The translations under genes and the position numbers were made by a program. Below the pieces are notes generated by a model. That model had not been told where the DNA came from. It saw only the letters and a list, made by a program, of their open reading frames with translations, and ran no database searches. Below are positions 42,862 to 44,111 of a DNA stretch of 44,111 bases, in pieces (within the stretch, counting starts at the first letter, position 1; each line of letters starts with the position of its first letter). The stretch is from an uncultured Pseudomonadota bacterium (GTDB lineage: Bacteria; Pseudomonadota; Gammaproteobacteria; Burkholderiales; Rhodocyclaceae). The DNA lies in assembly GCA_903888645.1 (NCBI GenBank), contig CAISUK010000193.1:1-44111 (forward strand), read 5' to 3'.

Positions 42862-43896
42862 TTAGCTTTTCTCGAATTTTTCTGCCATATTCATTATGCG
42901 GAAGAACAAATCGTCATAGCCAGCCTCTTTTTTCTGGTCAAAGCGCGGATCTGCATTTTCCAGAAATGCGTCAGCGATCAATTTCCAATCACTCCGCGAA
43001 AAATGATCACGACAACCGGGCAAAATACTGCCTTCCTCCAAACTCATATGTTCCCACAACCGGTCTGCGTACTGCTCTACTGCCTTGGCAACGACTTCCA
43101 TATGCGTGAGATCGGGCACTTTCTCGTAGGCCGACAAAGCCACCTCAATGGCTTCAATGAGCGCAGGCTCTTCTTTATGCTGTTGCTCCAAAACAGACAC
43201 TACCTGTGCAGCTTCGGGCATATAACTACAAAGTCGACCGAACAGGTACTGCTCTTCTTTCGGATGATGCAGATCCTGAGTAAAACGTCGGAAATAAAGC
43301 ACAATAGATTTAGCAAGCCGCAAATCGAGACGACCACCGTCTTCCCTGGCCTTCTCCAAGGCACGCTTAAAACCGTGCATGACCGAGCCGAGCGAGCGGT
43401 GTTCACCTCGAATCGCTGACATTGCAGCATTCATTTCAGGTGTAACCGCATTACTTTCCACGGTCGAAACGAGAACTGGAATCGATGTATGAGCAAGAAC
43501 CTTTTGTGTCTGTGACCCAAGCAGCAGGCCTTTAAGTCCTCGCTGTCCATGAGAAGCCATGAAAATCAGATCACATCCCAATTCTTCTGCCGTATCGAGG
43601 ATCGCCTCATAGGGCCGATCAGAAGTCTTGGCAACGGAACGACAAGGGACGCCGGAATCACGGGCGACGATCTCTGCCTTGGCCAGAATCCCCCTGGTCG
43701 CGTCCTTGGGGTTTTCGGCAAACGCGGCGGGAGACATCACTCGCACCAAGGCACCTTCATCCGTCGCACCCAAGTCAGCGCGCGCATGAAGGAAGACGAG
43801 TTCAGCACCGAGGGATTTAGCAAACCTGACCGCCTTGGATGAAGTGGAAACTGAAAGATCCGACTCGTCTATCGGTACAAGAATTAGGCGATACAA
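42862..43896 (-). CDS. Universal stress protein domain fused to hemerythrin-like (HHE) domain
   Basis: N-terminal USP (ILVPIDESD...FMASHG...GSQTQKVL...PVLV). C-terminal half has H-rich hemerythrin-type helices (IRGEHRSL, DLHHPKEEQYLF, EQQHKEE). Confidence 0.75.
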   Translation of the reverse strand: MYRLILVPIDESDLSVSTSSKAVRFAKSLGAELVFLHARADLGATDEGALVRVMSPAAFAENPKDATRGILAKAEIVARDSGVPCRSVAKTSDRPYEAILDTAEELGCDLIFMASHGQRGLKGLLLGSQTQKVLAHTSIPVLVSTVESNAVTPEMNAAMSAIRGEHRSLGSVMHGFKRALEKAREDGGRLDLRLAKSIVLYFRRFTQDLHHPKEEQYLFGRLCSYMPEAAQVVSVLEQQHKEEPALIEAIEVALSAYEKVPDLTHMEVVAKAVEQYADRLWEHMSLEEGSILPGCRDHFSRSDWKLIADAFLENADPRFDQKKEAGYDDLFFRIMNMAEKFEKS

Positions 43897-43969
43897 AGTG
43901 TTCTCCTCAACTGAAGCCTCAACAGCTCAGGGCTCTGCCCAGCGGCATTGCAAAAATGACGCATCATGT

Positions 43970-44111
43970 TCAACCAATTTTCTGGAGTTCTTCATCCAGA
44001 TTAGTCAGCTTCTTGGGCGTTTCGGACTGCAGTAAAAACGTCGCCAGGCTGGGCACTAGAATCAGCGCACCAAGCATATTCCACAGGAACATGAACGCCA
44101 GCAACAGTCCC
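43970..44111 (-). CDS. C-terminal end of an RND/MMPL-type membrane transporter (partial)
   Basis: Hand translation of the minus strand gives GLLLAFMFLWNMLGALILVPSLATFLLQSETPKKLTNLDEELQKIG-stop (TGA at 43970-43972). The hydrophobic terminal TM is typical of RND/MMPL permeases. Confidence 0.5.
   Translation of the reverse strand, partial: GLLLAFMFLWNMLGALILVPSLATFLLQSETPKKLTNLDEELQKIG

Noticed and set aside
1-44111. CRISPR arrays, rRNA or tRNA genes
   Set aside because: No regularly spaced direct repeats and no tRNA-like T-arm/acceptor sequences were seen on either strand.

Overview
GC-rich proteobacterial-looking DNA in three blocks.

(1) Positions 1 to ~26.3 kb are one arm of an integrative conjugative element (ICE) of the MPF-G class (ICEclc / PFGI-1 / PAPI-1 / ICEHin1056 lineage).
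- The minus strand carries a tightly coupled mating-pair-formation array: TraC/VirB4-like ATPase N-terminus, TraV-like lipoprotein, DsbC, TraB-, TraK-, TraE- and TraL-like proteins, a pilin-like protein, an OmpA-domain lipoprotein and a lytic transglycosylase.
- A ~3-kb interruption follows. It holds an AbiEi/AbiEii pair, two 47-bp perfect palindromes and a 164-aa orphan.
- Next on the minus strand: DUF4400 protein, TraD coupling protein, a TraI (MOBH)-like protein, an FlhD/FlhC-like activator pair, DUF932, a Zn-ribbon/Toprim primase-like protein translationally coupled to a GHKL ATPase, and three orphan ORFs.
- The plus strand then carries a DUF1845/PFL_4669-like protein, AlpA, a tyrosine-recombinase-fold protein lacking catalytic residues, a DUF1173 protein and a solitary Phd/YefM-like antitoxin.

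(2) 26.3-31 kb is a compositionally different junction. It contains a dehalogenase-like alpha/beta hydrolase, an AT-rich globin-like gene, an intact ISL3 element with an 8-bp target duplication, and remnants of IS66, a group II intron ORF and IS256.

(3) 31-42 kb is a TetR-associated oxygenase island.
- Plus strand: P450, hotdog thioesterase, Baeyer-Villiger monooxygenase, SDR, SMP-30 lactonase and a family III CoA-transferase.
- Convergent on the minus strand: a Rieske oxygenase and an FAD reductase.
- Three intergenic copies of an AAACAA-N4-TTGTTT palindrome mark the island.
- It is followed by a PduO-type adenosyltransferase, a USP-hemerythrin fusion and the 3' end of an RND/MMPL-type transporter.

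No rRNA, tRNA or CRISPR array was seen.

Best candidates for something undescribed:
- the twin-palindrome/AbiE cargo insertion inside the conjugation operon;
- the coupled GHKL-ATPase + Toprim pair with its orphan companions;
- the dead-recombinase + DUF1173 pair;
- the recurring palindrome regulon of the oxygenase island.

All functional calls come from motif recognition by eye and synteny. No database search was run.
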